Origin: an uncultured Pseudomonadota bacterium
GTDB lineage: Bacteria > Pseudomonadota > Gammaproteobacteria > Burkholderiales > SG8-39
Length of the DNA: 64,000 nt
Assembly: GCA_937907425.1 (NCBI GenBank)
Contig: CALCIE010000075.1
Span: forward strand, 2,897 to 66,896
Direction: 5' to 3'
A program made the position numbers and the translations under genes. Shown here in pieces: positions 19,354 through 28,625 of this stretch. The notes under the pieces are model-generated. The model ran no database searches and had not been told where the DNA came from. It was given only the letters and a program-made list of their open reading frames with translations. Position 1 is the stretch's first letter; every line of letters begins with the position of its first letter.

Positions 19354-21275
19354 GCCGCCACCGCTTGCAATTCTTCGGCCACCCGTTCGGGCTCGCGGCC
19401 GTCGAGGTAGATGCGCGCCCAGATTTCCAGGTTCATCAGCGCGAGCAGCCGGTCGGTGCCGTCGGTGCGGCTCGCTTCGTGGTCGGTGATGAGCCGGCGC
19501 ACCGCCTGCGGGTCGAAGATCCCGCGCGCGCGTACCGCCTCCTCCGACAGCAGCTCGTCCAGCACGGGCGCGAGCTGCCGCTTCAGCCAGGCGCCCATCG
19601 GGGCGCCGAAGCCGCGCTTCCTGCGTTCCAGGATGTCGGGCGGCAGCACCCCGGCGAGCGCCTGTTTCATCAAATGCTTCAGGCGGCCGCCGCGGATCTT
19701 GATGTCCTCGGGGATGCGCGCCGCCAGTTCCACCAGCTCGTGATCGAGCAGAGGCACCCGGCATTCCAGCGAAGTCGCCATCGACATCTTGTCGGTCAGC
19801 AACAGCAGGTCGTCGGGCAGCTGGGTGGCGAGATCCACCACCAGCATGCGATGCAGGGAATCGCCGGAAGCGGCTCTGGCGAAGGCTTCACCGAGCGCGT
19901 CCCGGCGCGGCACGCCGTTCACACGGCGCAGCGCGTAGGCGCTGTCGGGCGGGAAAACCTCGACGTAGCGGCGGTAACGGTTCTCGAAGGATTCGTTCGC
20001 CCCGGCAAGAAAGCCCTTCGCGTAGCGGCTCCAGTCGAGGAGCGGCGAATGCCGGTCGGCCGGCAGTTTGCGCGCCACGCTCACCGCCGCCTGTCTCAGC
20101 CAGCCCGGCAGCCGGTCGAAATGCTGCTGATAGCGGTGGCCCAGATAGCGCCGGTAACCGCCGAACAGCTCGTCGCCGCCCACGCCGGAGAGGATGACCG
20201 TGACGTCCTCGCGCGCGAACGCCGACACCAGGTAAGTGGTGATGAAGGCGGTGTCGGCGATCGGCTCGTCCATGTGCCACACGAGTTGCGGCAGCAGCCG
20301 CACCACATCCGGACGCACCAGGATTTCGCGATGTTCGGTGCCCAGGTGTTGCGCCATCCGGCGCGCATAGGGCAGTTCGTTGTAGTAGCGCTCCGCGCCC
20401 TCGCCTTCGAAGCCGATGGCGTACGTCTTGACGGGCCGGTCGCTGTGCCGCGCCATGAAGGCGGCCACGGCGCTCGAATCGATGCCGCCCGACAGGAAGG
20501 CGCCGATGGGCACGTCGCTCACCATCTGTCGCGCGACAGCCGCTTCAAGCTTCGTGCGCACCGCCTCGATCCAGTCCTGTTCGCTCAAGGCGCGGTCGAT
20601 GTCCTGCGGCGGCTCCCAATAGCGGCGCGCATGAACGCCCGCGTCTTCGATGCGCATCAACGTCGCAGGCGGCAGCTTTTCCATGCCGCGGAACATCGAC
20701 TGCGGTGCCGGCACGTAGCCGAGGTGCAGATAGGCGTCGAGCGCAGCCGGGTCGAGCGCCGGCCGGACGCCGGGCAGCGCGAGCAGCGCCTTGGCTTCGC
20801 TCGCGAAGGCGATCAGGCGCTCGTCGCGGTAGAGATAGAGCGGCTTCACGCCCAGCCGGTCCCGGCCGATCAGCAGGCGTTGCCGCTCGCCGTCCCAGAG
20901 CGCGAAGGCATACATGCCGTTCACGTGCTGCAGGAAATCCTCGCCGTACTCGCGATAGAGGCCGAGCAGCACTTCGCAGTCGGACCGGGTCTTGAAGCGA
21001 TGCCCCCTGGCTTCGAGGTCGCGGCGCAGCTCGCGGTAGTTGTAGATCTCGCCGTTGCATACCAGCCAGTACTTCCCGTCCGTGCTCGACAGCGGCTGGC
21101 GGCCGCCGGCGAGATCGATGATCGACAGGCGCCGCATGCCGATTGCGCACGGCCCTTCGACGTACTGGCCCTCGTCGTCCGGGCCGCGGTGCGCCGTCAC
21201 GTTGCCCATGGGCGGCAGCCACGCCGCGTCGGCCGGTGCGCCGTCGAATCGATAGAAGCCGTAGATGCCGCACAT
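19350..21275 (-). CDS. asparagine synthase (glutamine-hydrolysing) family amidotransferase
   Basis: N-terminal nucleophile MCGIYGF. GATase-II blocks RGPDDEG, NGEIYNY, DCEVLL. Synthetase PP-loop FLSGGIDSS. Confidence 0.9.
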   Translation of the reverse strand: MCGIYGFYRFDGAPADAAWLPPMGNVTAHRGPDDEGQYVEGPCAIGMRRLSIIDLAGGRQPLSSTDGKYWLVCNGEIYNYRELRRDLEARGHRFKTRSDCEVLLGLYREYGEDFLQHVNGMYAFALWDGERQRLLIGRDRLGVKPLYLYRDERLIAFASEAKALLALPGVRPALDPAALDAYLHLGYVPAPQSMFRGMEKLPPATLMRIEDAGVHARRYWEPPQDIDRALSEQDWIEAVRTKLEAAVARQMVSDVPIGAFLSGGIDSSAVAAFMARHSDRPVKTYAIGFEGEGAERYYNELPYARRMAQHLGTEHREILVRPDVVRLLPQLVWHMDEPIADTAFITTYLVSAFAREDVTVILSGVGGDELFGGYRRYLGHRYQQHFDRLPGWLRQAAVSVARKLPADRHSPLLDWSRYAKGFLAGANESFENRYRRYVEVFPPDSAYALRRVNGVPRRDALGEAFARAASGDSLHRMLVVDLATQLPDDLLLLTDKMSMATSLECRVPLLDHELVELAARIPEDIKIRGGRLKHLMKQALAGVLPPDILERRKRGFGAPMGAWLKRQLAPVLDELLSEEAVRARGIFDPQAVRRLITDHEASRTDGTDRLLALMNLEIWARIYLDGREPERVAEELQAVAA

Positions 21276-21284
21276 GGTGACGCC

Positions 21285-22511
21285 TCAGACCGCGAGCGGC
21301 GTGCGGCCGCGCGAAGGAAGTTGCCGGTAGACGTGGACGTAGCGCGCCGCGCTGCTTGCCCAGGTGCGCTCGGTTTCCACGAAACGGCGCGCCTTGGCCC
21401 GCACCACATCCCAGCCCGAACGTTGCGCGAGCACCGCTTCGATGGTGGCGGCCAGCGCATAGACGTCCCCGGCGCGGAACAAATAACCGGTCTCGCCGTC
21501 GCGGATCAGTTCGCGGTGTCCGCCCACGTCCGAGGCAATCAGCACCCGCCCTTGGGCCATCGCTTCCAGCGGCTTGAGCGGGGTGACGATTTCGGTGAGC
21601 CGCATCGGACGGCGCGGATAGACCAGCACGTCGATCAGGTCGTAGTAATGCTGGATCTCGTCGTGCGGCACGCGGCCGGCGAACACCACCCGGTTGTCGA
21701 TGCCCAGGTCGCGCGCCTGCTTGCGCAGCGCCTGTTCCTGCGGCCCGCCCCCCACCAGCAGCAAGCGCAGCTCCGGCCGGCGTGCGGCGAGTTGCGACAC
21801 GGCGTCGATGAGCAGATCGAGCCCTTCGTAGGCATAGAAGGAGCCGGCAAAGCCGAGCACCGTCGCGCCTTCCAGGCCCAGGCGCCGGCGCAGCGTGAGA
21901 TCGGGCGCACCGCCGACGCGGAAGACGCGCGGGTCGACGGCGTTGGGGATGACCGTCACGCGCTCCGGTTCGATGCCGCGCAGCGTGATGTCGCGCCGCA
22001 GGCCTTCGCAAATGGTGGTGATGTGGTCCACGTGACGCAGCGCGAAGCTTTCCAGCGCGCGCGAGGCGCGGTAACGCAGGCTGCCTTCGGTGGTGGTGCC
22101 GTGATCGACCGCGGCGTCCTCCCACAGCGCGCGCAGTTCGTACACCACCGGTAGACGGTACTTGTGCGCGACACGGATCGCCGGCAGCACGTTGAGCACG
22201 GGCGAATGCGCGTGCAGCACATCCGGCTTGTAACGGCGCACCAGCTCGTCGATGCGCCTGGCGGTGGCGCGCATCTCGTCCAGATAGATCGCGCCCGGCA
22301 GCCGGTGCCAGGGCTTCGGTTTCAGGAGCGTGCGATGAAACACCCAGCCGTCCACTTCCTCCACCGGCATGCTCGGCACGCTGTGGCGCGGCGTGGTGAG
22401 CTGGATGGTCTCCCAGCCTCGGGCACGCTGCTCGCGCAGGAGCGACACGGTCCGGAACACATAGCCGCTGTGCAGCGGCAGCGAGTGATCGAGGATGTGC
22501 AGGATGCGCAT
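21285..22511 (-). CDS. glycosyltransferase, exosortase A-associated (Daro_2409 family, TIGR04063-like from memory)
   Basis: Only the last 408 codons of track ORF 21285..25592 are real. ATG 22511 gives MRILHILDHSLPLHSGYVFRT... C-terminal PLKPLEAMAQGRVLIASDVGGHRELIRDGETGYLF. Confidence 0.8.
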   Translation of the reverse strand: MRILHILDHSLPLHSGYVFRTVSLLREQRARGWETIQLTTPRHSVPSMPVEEVDGWVFHRTLLKPKPWHRLPGAIYLDEMRATARRIDELVRRYKPDVLHAHSPVLNVLPAIRVAHKYRLPVVYELRALWEDAAVDHGTTTEGSLRYRASRALESFALRHVDHITTICEGLRRDITLRGIEPERVTVIPNAVDPRVFRVGGAPDLTLRRRLGLEGATVLGFAGSFYAYEGLDLLIDAVSQLAARRPELRLLLVGGGPQEQALRKQARDLGIDNRVVFAGRVPHDEIQHYYDLIDVLVYPRRPMRLTEIVTPLKPLEAMAQGRVLIASDVGGHRELIRDGETGYLFRAGDVYALAATIEAVLAQRSGWDVVRAKARRFVETERTWASSAARYVHVYRQLPSRGRTPLAV

Positions 22512-22513
22512 GC

Positions 22514-23917
22514 TCAGACCTCGCTCGTCAGCGTGACGGGAGAGCCGGCGGCCGGAGCCTGCGGCGGCGTCTTGATCCGCGTGACCACGTAGGCGTACTT
22601 GCCGGTCGGCTCCGGTTCGATCCGGTCCAGGAATTCGGGCTCGACCTGCACCGGCCCGAGGAAATAGCGGAATTGCTCGACGATCTTCGGCATGGCGGCG
22701 CGCGCGTCGAATTCGTCGGTCACCACGAGCTGCAGACGGATGCGTTCGAGCGATTCCTGGATCACCTTGAACTGCCGCATGCCGGGCAGGCGCCGCAGCA
22801 AGGCGCCGAAGGTCACCGCGTGCACGCGCGCGCCGTTGTGGGCGTAGAGCAGATCGAGGCTGCGGCCCTGGATCTCCTTGATGAGCGGCAGCCCGCGCCC
22901 GCACAGGCAGGGCGTGTCGTCGAGCGCGGCGATGTCGCCGTTCTTGAAACGGATGAAGGGGAAGTCGTGCGAATGCAGATGCGTGATCAGCACTTCGCCC
23001 GGCTCGCCCGGCGGCAGCGGCCGCCCCTGCTCGTCGACGATTTCCACGATCATGTCCTCGGCCGTGATGTGCAGGCCGCCGTGCGGACATTGATGGGCGA
23101 TGAAACCGGAGTCGCGCCCGCCGTAGCCGTTCGCCACCGGGCAGCCGAAGCCGCGTTCGATCCAGTCGCGTTCGTAGGGATAGAGCCGCTCGGCGGTGGC
23201 GAAAGCGACTTTGATGCCCTGACGCGTCAAATCGATGCCGCGCTCGATGGCGCGCTGTGCGACCAGCGCGAGCGAGGACGGATAGCCGAACAGCATCTTC
23301 GGCCGCATGCGCCGGATCTCGGCGATCACTTCGTCCATGCGCTCGGTGGTGAGCGCCATGGTGGACATGGTCCTGGTGCGCAAGAGACGGTCGCGCAGTT
23401 CGCGCAGCCGGTCCTGCGCCTTGATTTCGATGGGCGAGCTCCAGCACACGATTTCCGGGTCGCCGATGTCCACGCCCCACCAGCGCGTCGCGCGCCATTT
23501 CGCCGCGACGTCCGCGCTCTTGCGGCCGATGCCGGTCTTGAAGCGCAGCGGATTGCCGGTGGAACCGGTGGTGTATTGCCAGGGCAGCCGCTTCGCCGCT
23601 TCCGTGCCCATGCGGTCGCCTTCCACGCGGATGATGTCCTTGGTGAGGATCGGCAGGCGCCGCAAGTCCTCGATGCGTTCGACGCGGCGCGGATCGAAGC
23701 GCGCGCGCGCGAAGGTCTCGCGGTAGTACGGCACGTGCTCGCCGGCGAAGGCGAGCAGACCGCGCAGACGTTCGAGCTGCAGGCGTTGCAACCGCTCGCG
23801 GTCGTACCACTGCGTGCGCATGAGCTCGCGCAGCATGGCGACGCTGCGATGCCCCTTCAGCCGCTCGTGCAGCGGGAAGATCACGTTCGCGCACAGCCTG
23901 GTGTAGAAGTCGCCCAT
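22514..23917 (-). CDS. phenylacetate-CoA ligase (PaaK) / CapK-like adenylate-forming enzyme
   Basis: 467 aa. YTTGSTGNPLRF (AMP-binding P-loop-like), GYPSSL, YGGRDSG, and the general PaaK / coenzyme F390 synthetase architecture. Confidence 0.75.
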   Translation of the reverse strand: MGDFYTRLCANVIFPLHERLKGHRSVAMLRELMRTQWYDRERLQRLQLERLRGLLAFAGEHVPYYRETFARARFDPRRVERIEDLRRLPILTKDIIRVEGDRMGTEAAKRLPWQYTTGSTGNPLRFKTGIGRKSADVAAKWRATRWWGVDIGDPEIVCWSSPIEIKAQDRLRELRDRLLRTRTMSTMALTTERMDEVIAEIRRMRPKMLFGYPSSLALVAQRAIERGIDLTRQGIKVAFATAERLYPYERDWIERGFGCPVANGYGGRDSGFIAHQCPHGGLHITAEDMIVEIVDEQGRPLPPGEPGEVLITHLHSHDFPFIRFKNGDIAALDDTPCLCGRGLPLIKEIQGRSLDLLYAHNGARVHAVTFGALLRRLPGMRQFKVIQESLERIRLQLVVTDEFDARAAMPKIVEQFRYFLGPVQVEPEFLDRIEPEPTGKYAYVVTRIKTPPQAPAAGSPVTLTSEV

Positions 23918-23935
23918 GTTCTCTTGATGCGCTTC

Positions 23936-25861
23936 CTAGCTGGCCTGCCGCAGGACGCCGGCGGGCTCGTTCAATTCGGTCCGACGTACGAACGCGTCGA
24001 ACATCAACAGCGACCACAGCACGGCGCTGTGGTCGCGCAAGCCGGATTGATGCTGGTCGACCAGCCGCTGCAATTGCGCGCGGTTGAAGAAACCGGTGTC
24101 GAGCAGGCGCGGCCCGAGCACCGCCGCGCGCACGCGGTCGCGCAGCGGACCGCGGAACCAGCGTGCCAGCGGCACGGCGAAGCCGCGCTTCGGCCGGTAA
24201 AGGATTTCCTTCGGCAGGTGCGCTTCCATCGCCTTCTTGAGCAGGTATTTGCCCTCCTGCCCGCGCAGCTTGAGGGACGAAGGCAGGCTCGCCAGCCATT
24301 CGACCAGCGGATGGTCCATGAGCGGCTCGCGCACTTCCAGCGAATGCGCCATGCTGGCGCGGTCCACCTTGGTGTTGATGTCGCCGACCAGATAGGTCTT
24401 CAGATCGAGGTACTGCACCAGCGCGAGCGGGTCCTCGACGTCGGCGCGCGCGGCGTGGCGATGGAAGACTTCCACCGCGTTGTAGCCGCCCAGTTGCGCG
24501 CGGAAGCTGCCGCTGTAGAGCGCGCGGCGGGCGTCGTCGCGCAGGATCGAGACGCCGGTGAAATACGCTTCGACGGCATCGCGCGATAGCGCCTGGAACG
24601 TGGCTTTGGCGCGCAGCACGCGCGGCGCCCAGTCGGCCTTGGGATAGACGCGCCCGAGCAGCCCGAACACCGGGCGGCGCAGTGCGAGCGGCAGCGCGCC
24701 GCGCATGCGCTCTTCCGCAAGATGCAGGCGGTAGCGCCGGTACCCGGCGAAGCTCTCGTCGCCGCCGTCGCCCGACAGCGCGACCGTGACGCGCTTGCGC
24801 GCAAGCTGGCAGACCCGGTAGGTGGGAATGGCCGAGCTGTCGGCGTAGGGTTCGTCGTAGAGCGCGGCGAGCGTGTCGATGAGATCGAAATCGTCGCTGC
24901 CCACCTGCTCGACGTAGTGACGGGTGCCGTAGCGCTCGGCCACTTGTCTGGCATAGGCGCTTTCGTCGTAGGCCGGCTCGTCGAAGGCGATGGAACAGGT
25001 GTTGACGGGCTCGTCCGATACCTGCGCCATGGTCGCCACCACGGCGCTGGAATCCACGCCGCCCGACAGGAAAGCCCCCAGCGGCACTTCGGACATGAGC
25101 CGCATGCGCACCGATTCGCGCAGCCGCGCCTGCAATTCGTCGAGCGCATCGTCCAGGGCGATGCGGTTGTCGAGCGTGAAGCGCACGTCCCAGTATTCGC
25201 GCGCCTCGGGCAGCGCTTCGCCGCGCCGCACGAGCAGCGTGTGCGCCGGCGGCAGCTTGCGGGCGCCGCGGAAGATGGTGCGCGGCTCGGCCACGTAACC
25301 GAGCGCGAAATACTCCTCCACCGCGCAAGGGTCGATGTCGCGCGCCAGGGCGCCGTGGGCGAGCAGCGCCTTCAGCTCGGAGCCGAACAGCAACAGCCCG
25401 TCGGGCAGCAGCGCGTAATAGAGCGGTTTGACGCCGAGCCGGTCGCGGGCGAGGAACAGGCTTTCGCGCCTGCGGTCCCACAGCGCGAAGGCGAACATGC
25501 CGCGGAAGCGCTCGACGCAGGCCTCGCCCCACTCCTCCCAGGCATGCACGATCACTTCGGTGTCGCTGCGCGTGCGGAACGCGTGGCCGCATTCGACGAG
25601 CTCGGCCATGAGCTCGCGGTAGTTGTAGATCTCGCCGTTGTAGACGACGGCCACCGTGCCGTCCTCGTTGTAGAGCGGCTGATGTCCGGCGGAAAGATCG
25701 ATGATCGACAGGCGCCGGTGACCCAGACCGAGACCGGGTTCGACATGGACGCCGCCTTCGTCCGGTCCGCGGTGCCGTTGCGCCTCGTTCATGCGTTCGA
25801 GCACGAGCCGGTCAATGTCGCGCTTGCCGCGGGTATCGAAAATGCCGACGAGACCGCACAT
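23936..25861 (-). CDS. exosortase A system-associated amidotransferase 1 (AsnB family; TIGR03108-like from memory)
   Basis: ATG 25861 gives MCGLVGIFDTRG... Blocks RGPDEGG, NGEIYNY, DTEVIV, FLSGGVDSS. Second AsnB paralogue in the operon. Confidence 0.85.
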   Translation of the reverse strand: MCGLVGIFDTRGKRDIDRLVLERMNEAQRHRGPDEGGVHVEPGLGLGHRRLSIIDLSAGHQPLYNEDGTVAVVYNGEIYNYRELMAELVECGHAFRTRSDTEVIVHAWEEWGEACVERFRGMFAFALWDRRRESLFLARDRLGVKPLYYALLPDGLLLFGSELKALLAHGALARDIDPCAVEEYFALGYVAEPRTIFRGARKLPPAHTLLVRRGEALPEAREYWDVRFTLDNRIALDDALDELQARLRESVRMRLMSEVPLGAFLSGGVDSSAVVATMAQVSDEPVNTCSIAFDEPAYDESAYARQVAERYGTRHYVEQVGSDDFDLIDTLAALYDEPYADSSAIPTYRVCQLARKRVTVALSGDGGDESFAGYRRYRLHLAEERMRGALPLALRRPVFGLLGRVYPKADWAPRVLRAKATFQALSRDAVEAYFTGVSILRDDARRALYSGSFRAQLGGYNAVEVFHRHAARADVEDPLALVQYLDLKTYLVGDINTKVDRASMAHSLEVREPLMDHPLVEWLASLPSSLKLRGQEGKYLLKKAMEAHLPKEILYRPKRGFAVPLARWFRGPLRDRVRAAVLGPRLLDTGFFNRAQLQRLVDQHQSGLRDHSAVLWSLLMFDAFVRRTELNEPAGVLRQAS

Positions 25862-25872
25862 GATCGTTCCGT

Positions 25873-27069
25873 TCAGGTCGTCTTCAAGCCGGGGCGCGAA
25901 TGCAGCCGCCCGCCGAGCAGGCTGGTGTAAAGCGTCTCGTAGCGATGGGCCATGTAGTCGAGGCTGAACTTCCGTTCCACCCTCGCGCGAGCGGCGCGGC
26001 CGTGCTCGCGCGCGACATCGGGCAGCGCGTAGTAGCCGTTGATGGCTGCGACCAGCGCATCGACATCGCCGCATGGAACCAGCGTGCCCGTCACCTGATC
26101 GACCACGAGTTCCGGATTGCCGCCCACGCGCGTGGCGATGACCGGCAAGCCGCTCGCCATCGCTTCGAGAAGTGTGTTTGAGACGCCTTCGGCGAGCGAA
26201 GGCAGCACGAAACAGTCCATGCCGCGCATCAGTTCGGGAATGTCGGCGCGCTCGCCGGGCAGCCAGGCGTACTGCCGCGCACCGGCCGCCTCCAGGCGCG
26301 CCTCGGCCTGTGCGCGCAAGGGTCCGTCGCCGACCATCACCAGACGCATGCGCGCTCTCGCTTCCGGCACCGTGTCGAGCGCCCGGAGGAAGGCCTCCAC
26401 CAGGGCGAGCGGATTCTTCACCGCATGCATGCGGCCGACGGTGCCCACGACCCAGTACTTCGGATCGTTGAACGGCGAATCCGCGACCGCTTCGCGGCCC
26501 GCGTCCGCCGGACGGAAACGCAGCGTGTCGACGCCGTTGTAAATCTGGGCAACGCGGTAGGGCGCGATACCCACCGCATCGACCAGGTAGCGTTCGAGCT
26601 CGCAGGACAGCGCGACGTAACGGTGGACGAAAGGACTGAAGGCGCGCCGCAGCCACCGGTATCTGAGGTTGGACCCGTCCAGGTCGGCCAGGTCGCGCCC
26701 ATGTTCGCTGTGGACGCGCACCGGCACGCCCGCCAGCGCCGCCGGCAACGCGGCTTCCAGCGCCGAGAGATTGCGCGTGTGCACGATCGCCGGCTGCAGG
26801 CTGCGGAACAGCCGCACCAGCGCCGGATAGAGGCGCAAGGCGTGGCCCGCCGGCTTGCCGAGCGCGATGTACTGCACGTCATCGCGTTCGATGCGCGAAC
26901 GGAAGTCGGTGATCTCCGTCATCGCCACCACGGCATGGCGGAATTTCGCCCTCGGCATGCGGTTGATGAGATTGGCGACGCCGTTCTCCAGTCCGCCCAC
27001 GGCGAAACGGTGCAGCACGTGCACGATGAGCGGGCGGCTGTCCGGGAAGCGATGGGGTGCGCACGTCAT
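25873..27069 (-). CDS. glycosyltransferase, PEP-CTERM/EpsH1 system-associated type (TIGR03088 'stp2'-like from memory)
   Basis: ATG 27069 overlaps the xrtA stop (ATGA). LIVHVLHRFAVGGLENGVANLINRM. C-terminal VLPSLAEGVSNTLLEAMASGLPVIATRVGGNPELVVDQVTGTLVP. Confidence 0.8.
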   Translation of the reverse strand: MTCAPHRFPDSRPLIVHVLHRFAVGGLENGVANLINRMPRAKFRHAVVAMTEITDFRSRIERDDVQYIALGKPAGHALRLYPALVRLFRSLQPAIVHTRNLSALEAALPAALAGVPVRVHSEHGRDLADLDGSNLRYRWLRRAFSPFVHRYVALSCELERYLVDAVGIAPYRVAQIYNGVDTLRFRPADAGREAVADSPFNDPKYWVVGTVGRMHAVKNPLALVEAFLRALDTVPEARARMRLVMVGDGPLRAQAEARLEAAGARQYAWLPGERADIPELMRGMDCFVLPSLAEGVSNTLLEAMASGLPVIATRVGGNPELVVDQVTGTLVPCGDVDALVAAINGYYALPDVAREHGRAARARVERKFSLDYMAHRYETLYTSLLGGRLHSRPGLKTT

Positions 27070-28613
27070 CGGGCGGACCTGCGGGTTCGTTCCAGTTGGC
27101 TGCGCAACTGCGGGGCGATCGCGCCGACGAAGTCGGCCAGCCTGCGATCCGCTTCGGCGTCCTCGGCGGCATGGGTGTAGACGACGATCGCCGCGGAATC
27201 GTCGCCGCGGCGGGCGAGCTTGGACCACGCCAGCCGCGCCTTGGCCATATAGGCGTTCGCCGTCATGTGACCGTCGATCCAGTACCAGCGCCACGCCACC
27301 ACCCGTTCGCGCGGATGCAGGTATTCGTTGCGCAGCGCCGAGACCCGGTCGAAAGGCAGCGTGACGCTGCCGGTACGCAGCAGACGCCAGCCTTCTTCGG
27401 CGTTCGCCTCGTTGCCGCCGACCGCTTCGGATTGCTGCGACTGATTGCGGTAGTAGGCGATGCGCAGCCCCACGACGGCTCCGTCCTTGGCGAACGCCTG
27501 TTCCACGGATGCGGCCGGCCGGTCGAGCGCGGGCCGCCACAGGGGCAGCGCATCGGCATCGGCCGTTTGCCAACCCGCCACGCCCGCCAGCGGCTGCAGC
27601 GTGACCGCGTTCGCGTCCGGCATATCGAGCGCGTAGGCGAGCGGCCGCCACATGCCCGCCGCCAGCAGCGCGGCCGCCGCGACGGCCCAGGTCGTACGCG
27701 GCAGCAATTTCGCCGGGATCGCCGCGACCGCGGGTGCCGGTCGCGCCGGCGTCTCTGCCAGGTCTTCGCGCCAGCGGGTGCCGATCCAGAACATGATCGC
27801 CATCACCACGCCGAAGAAGATCCAGCCGTAGATGAGGTGATCGACGCCGGCGGCGAGGCGGTTGTCGCTCAGATGACCGAGCATCACGATCAGATAGGCG
27901 CGCAGCCAGTTGGCGACCAGGGGCACCACCATCGACACGCCCACGAACAGCAGCCTGCGCTTGAGGGAGCGGTAGGTGAGATAGGCGTAGAGCGTGCCGA
28001 CCATGACCGAGGCGATGAGGTAGCGCAGCCCGCTGCAGGCCTCCACCACCGACCATGCGCCGCTCGGAATGACGAACATCATGCCTTCGCGATAGACCGG
28101 CACCCCGCTCAGCCGCACCGCGCTCACGGTGAAATCGGCGGTCCACTCCATCAGCCAGGGCAGCATGAAACCGCCGAAGGGCACCGCGAAGAAGAGGAAC
28201 ACGAGCGGGAAGGCGAGCGCACGCGCCGCGCGCAGACCCAGCACCGCGCACACGGCGCAAGGCACCATCGCCACCATCGCGAACTGCGACACGCTCAGCG
28301 TGGCGCTCAACTCGCCGAGCATCCAGACGAAGCCGGCCAGCGCGAGCGGAAGCAGCGCCGGGGCATAGGGCTTGAAAGGCACGGCGTCGAGGCGCGCGCG
28401 GTCGCGCCAGACGAGCCAAGCGAAGATCGGCAGCACCAGCAAACCGTGCGCGAAGGTCTCGGTGCGCCACCAGGTGTTCGCCATCGACGCGAAGGTCGGC
28501 CAGTGCCAGCCGAACACCGCCGCCACGCACGCGGCGACGGCGAACAGCATCGCCGCGCGGCGCGGCCGCACGGCGAGCGAAAGCTGCGCCTCGATCTGCC
28601 GTTCAGCGTGCAT
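27066..28613 (-). CDS. xrtA: exosortase A (XrtA/EpsH) fused to a C-terminal EpsI-family domain
   Basis: 515 aa. N-terminal about 290 aa is polytopic with the exosortase signature residues in VVEACSGLRY (C193), ANWLRAY (R238) and MLGHLSD (H247). The C-terminal about 200 aa is a soluble EpsI-like domain (GLRIAYYRNQSQ..., WRWYWIDG). Confidence 0.9.
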   Translation of the reverse strand: MHAERQIEAQLSLAVRPRRAAMLFAVAACVAAVFGWHWPTFASMANTWWRTETFAHGLLVLPIFAWLVWRDRARLDAVPFKPYAPALLPLALAGFVWMLGELSATLSVSQFAMVAMVPCAVCAVLGLRAARALAFPLVFLFFAVPFGGFMLPWLMEWTADFTVSAVRLSGVPVYREGMMFVIPSGAWSVVEACSGLRYLIASVMVGTLYAYLTYRSLKRRLLFVGVSMVVPLVANWLRAYLIVMLGHLSDNRLAAGVDHLIYGWIFFGVVMAIMFWIGTRWREDLAETPARPAPAVAAIPAKLLPRTTWAVAAAALLAAGMWRPLAYALDMPDANAVTLQPLAGVAGWQTADADALPLWRPALDRPAASVEQAFAKDGAVVGLRIAYYRNQSQQSEAVGGNEANAEEGWRLLRTGSVTLPFDRVSALRNEYLHPRERVVAWRWYWIDGHMTANAYMAKARLAWSKLARRGDDSAAIVVYTHAAEDAEADRRLADFVGAIAPQLRSQLERTRRSAR

Positions 28614-28625
28614 GCCGCCTCCCGT

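Noticed and set aside
21285-25592. 1435-aa minus-strand ORF, and similar upstream extensions of ORFs 16766..19336, 25873..28530, 30542..32884, 31708..33555, 14909..16684 and 9335..10885
   Set aside because: Only the 3' portions are real genes. The upstream parts run out of frame through neighbouring, well-supported genes and translate to Arg/Pro/Ala-rich sequence. Internal ATG/GTG starts with overlapping stop/start signals fit much better.
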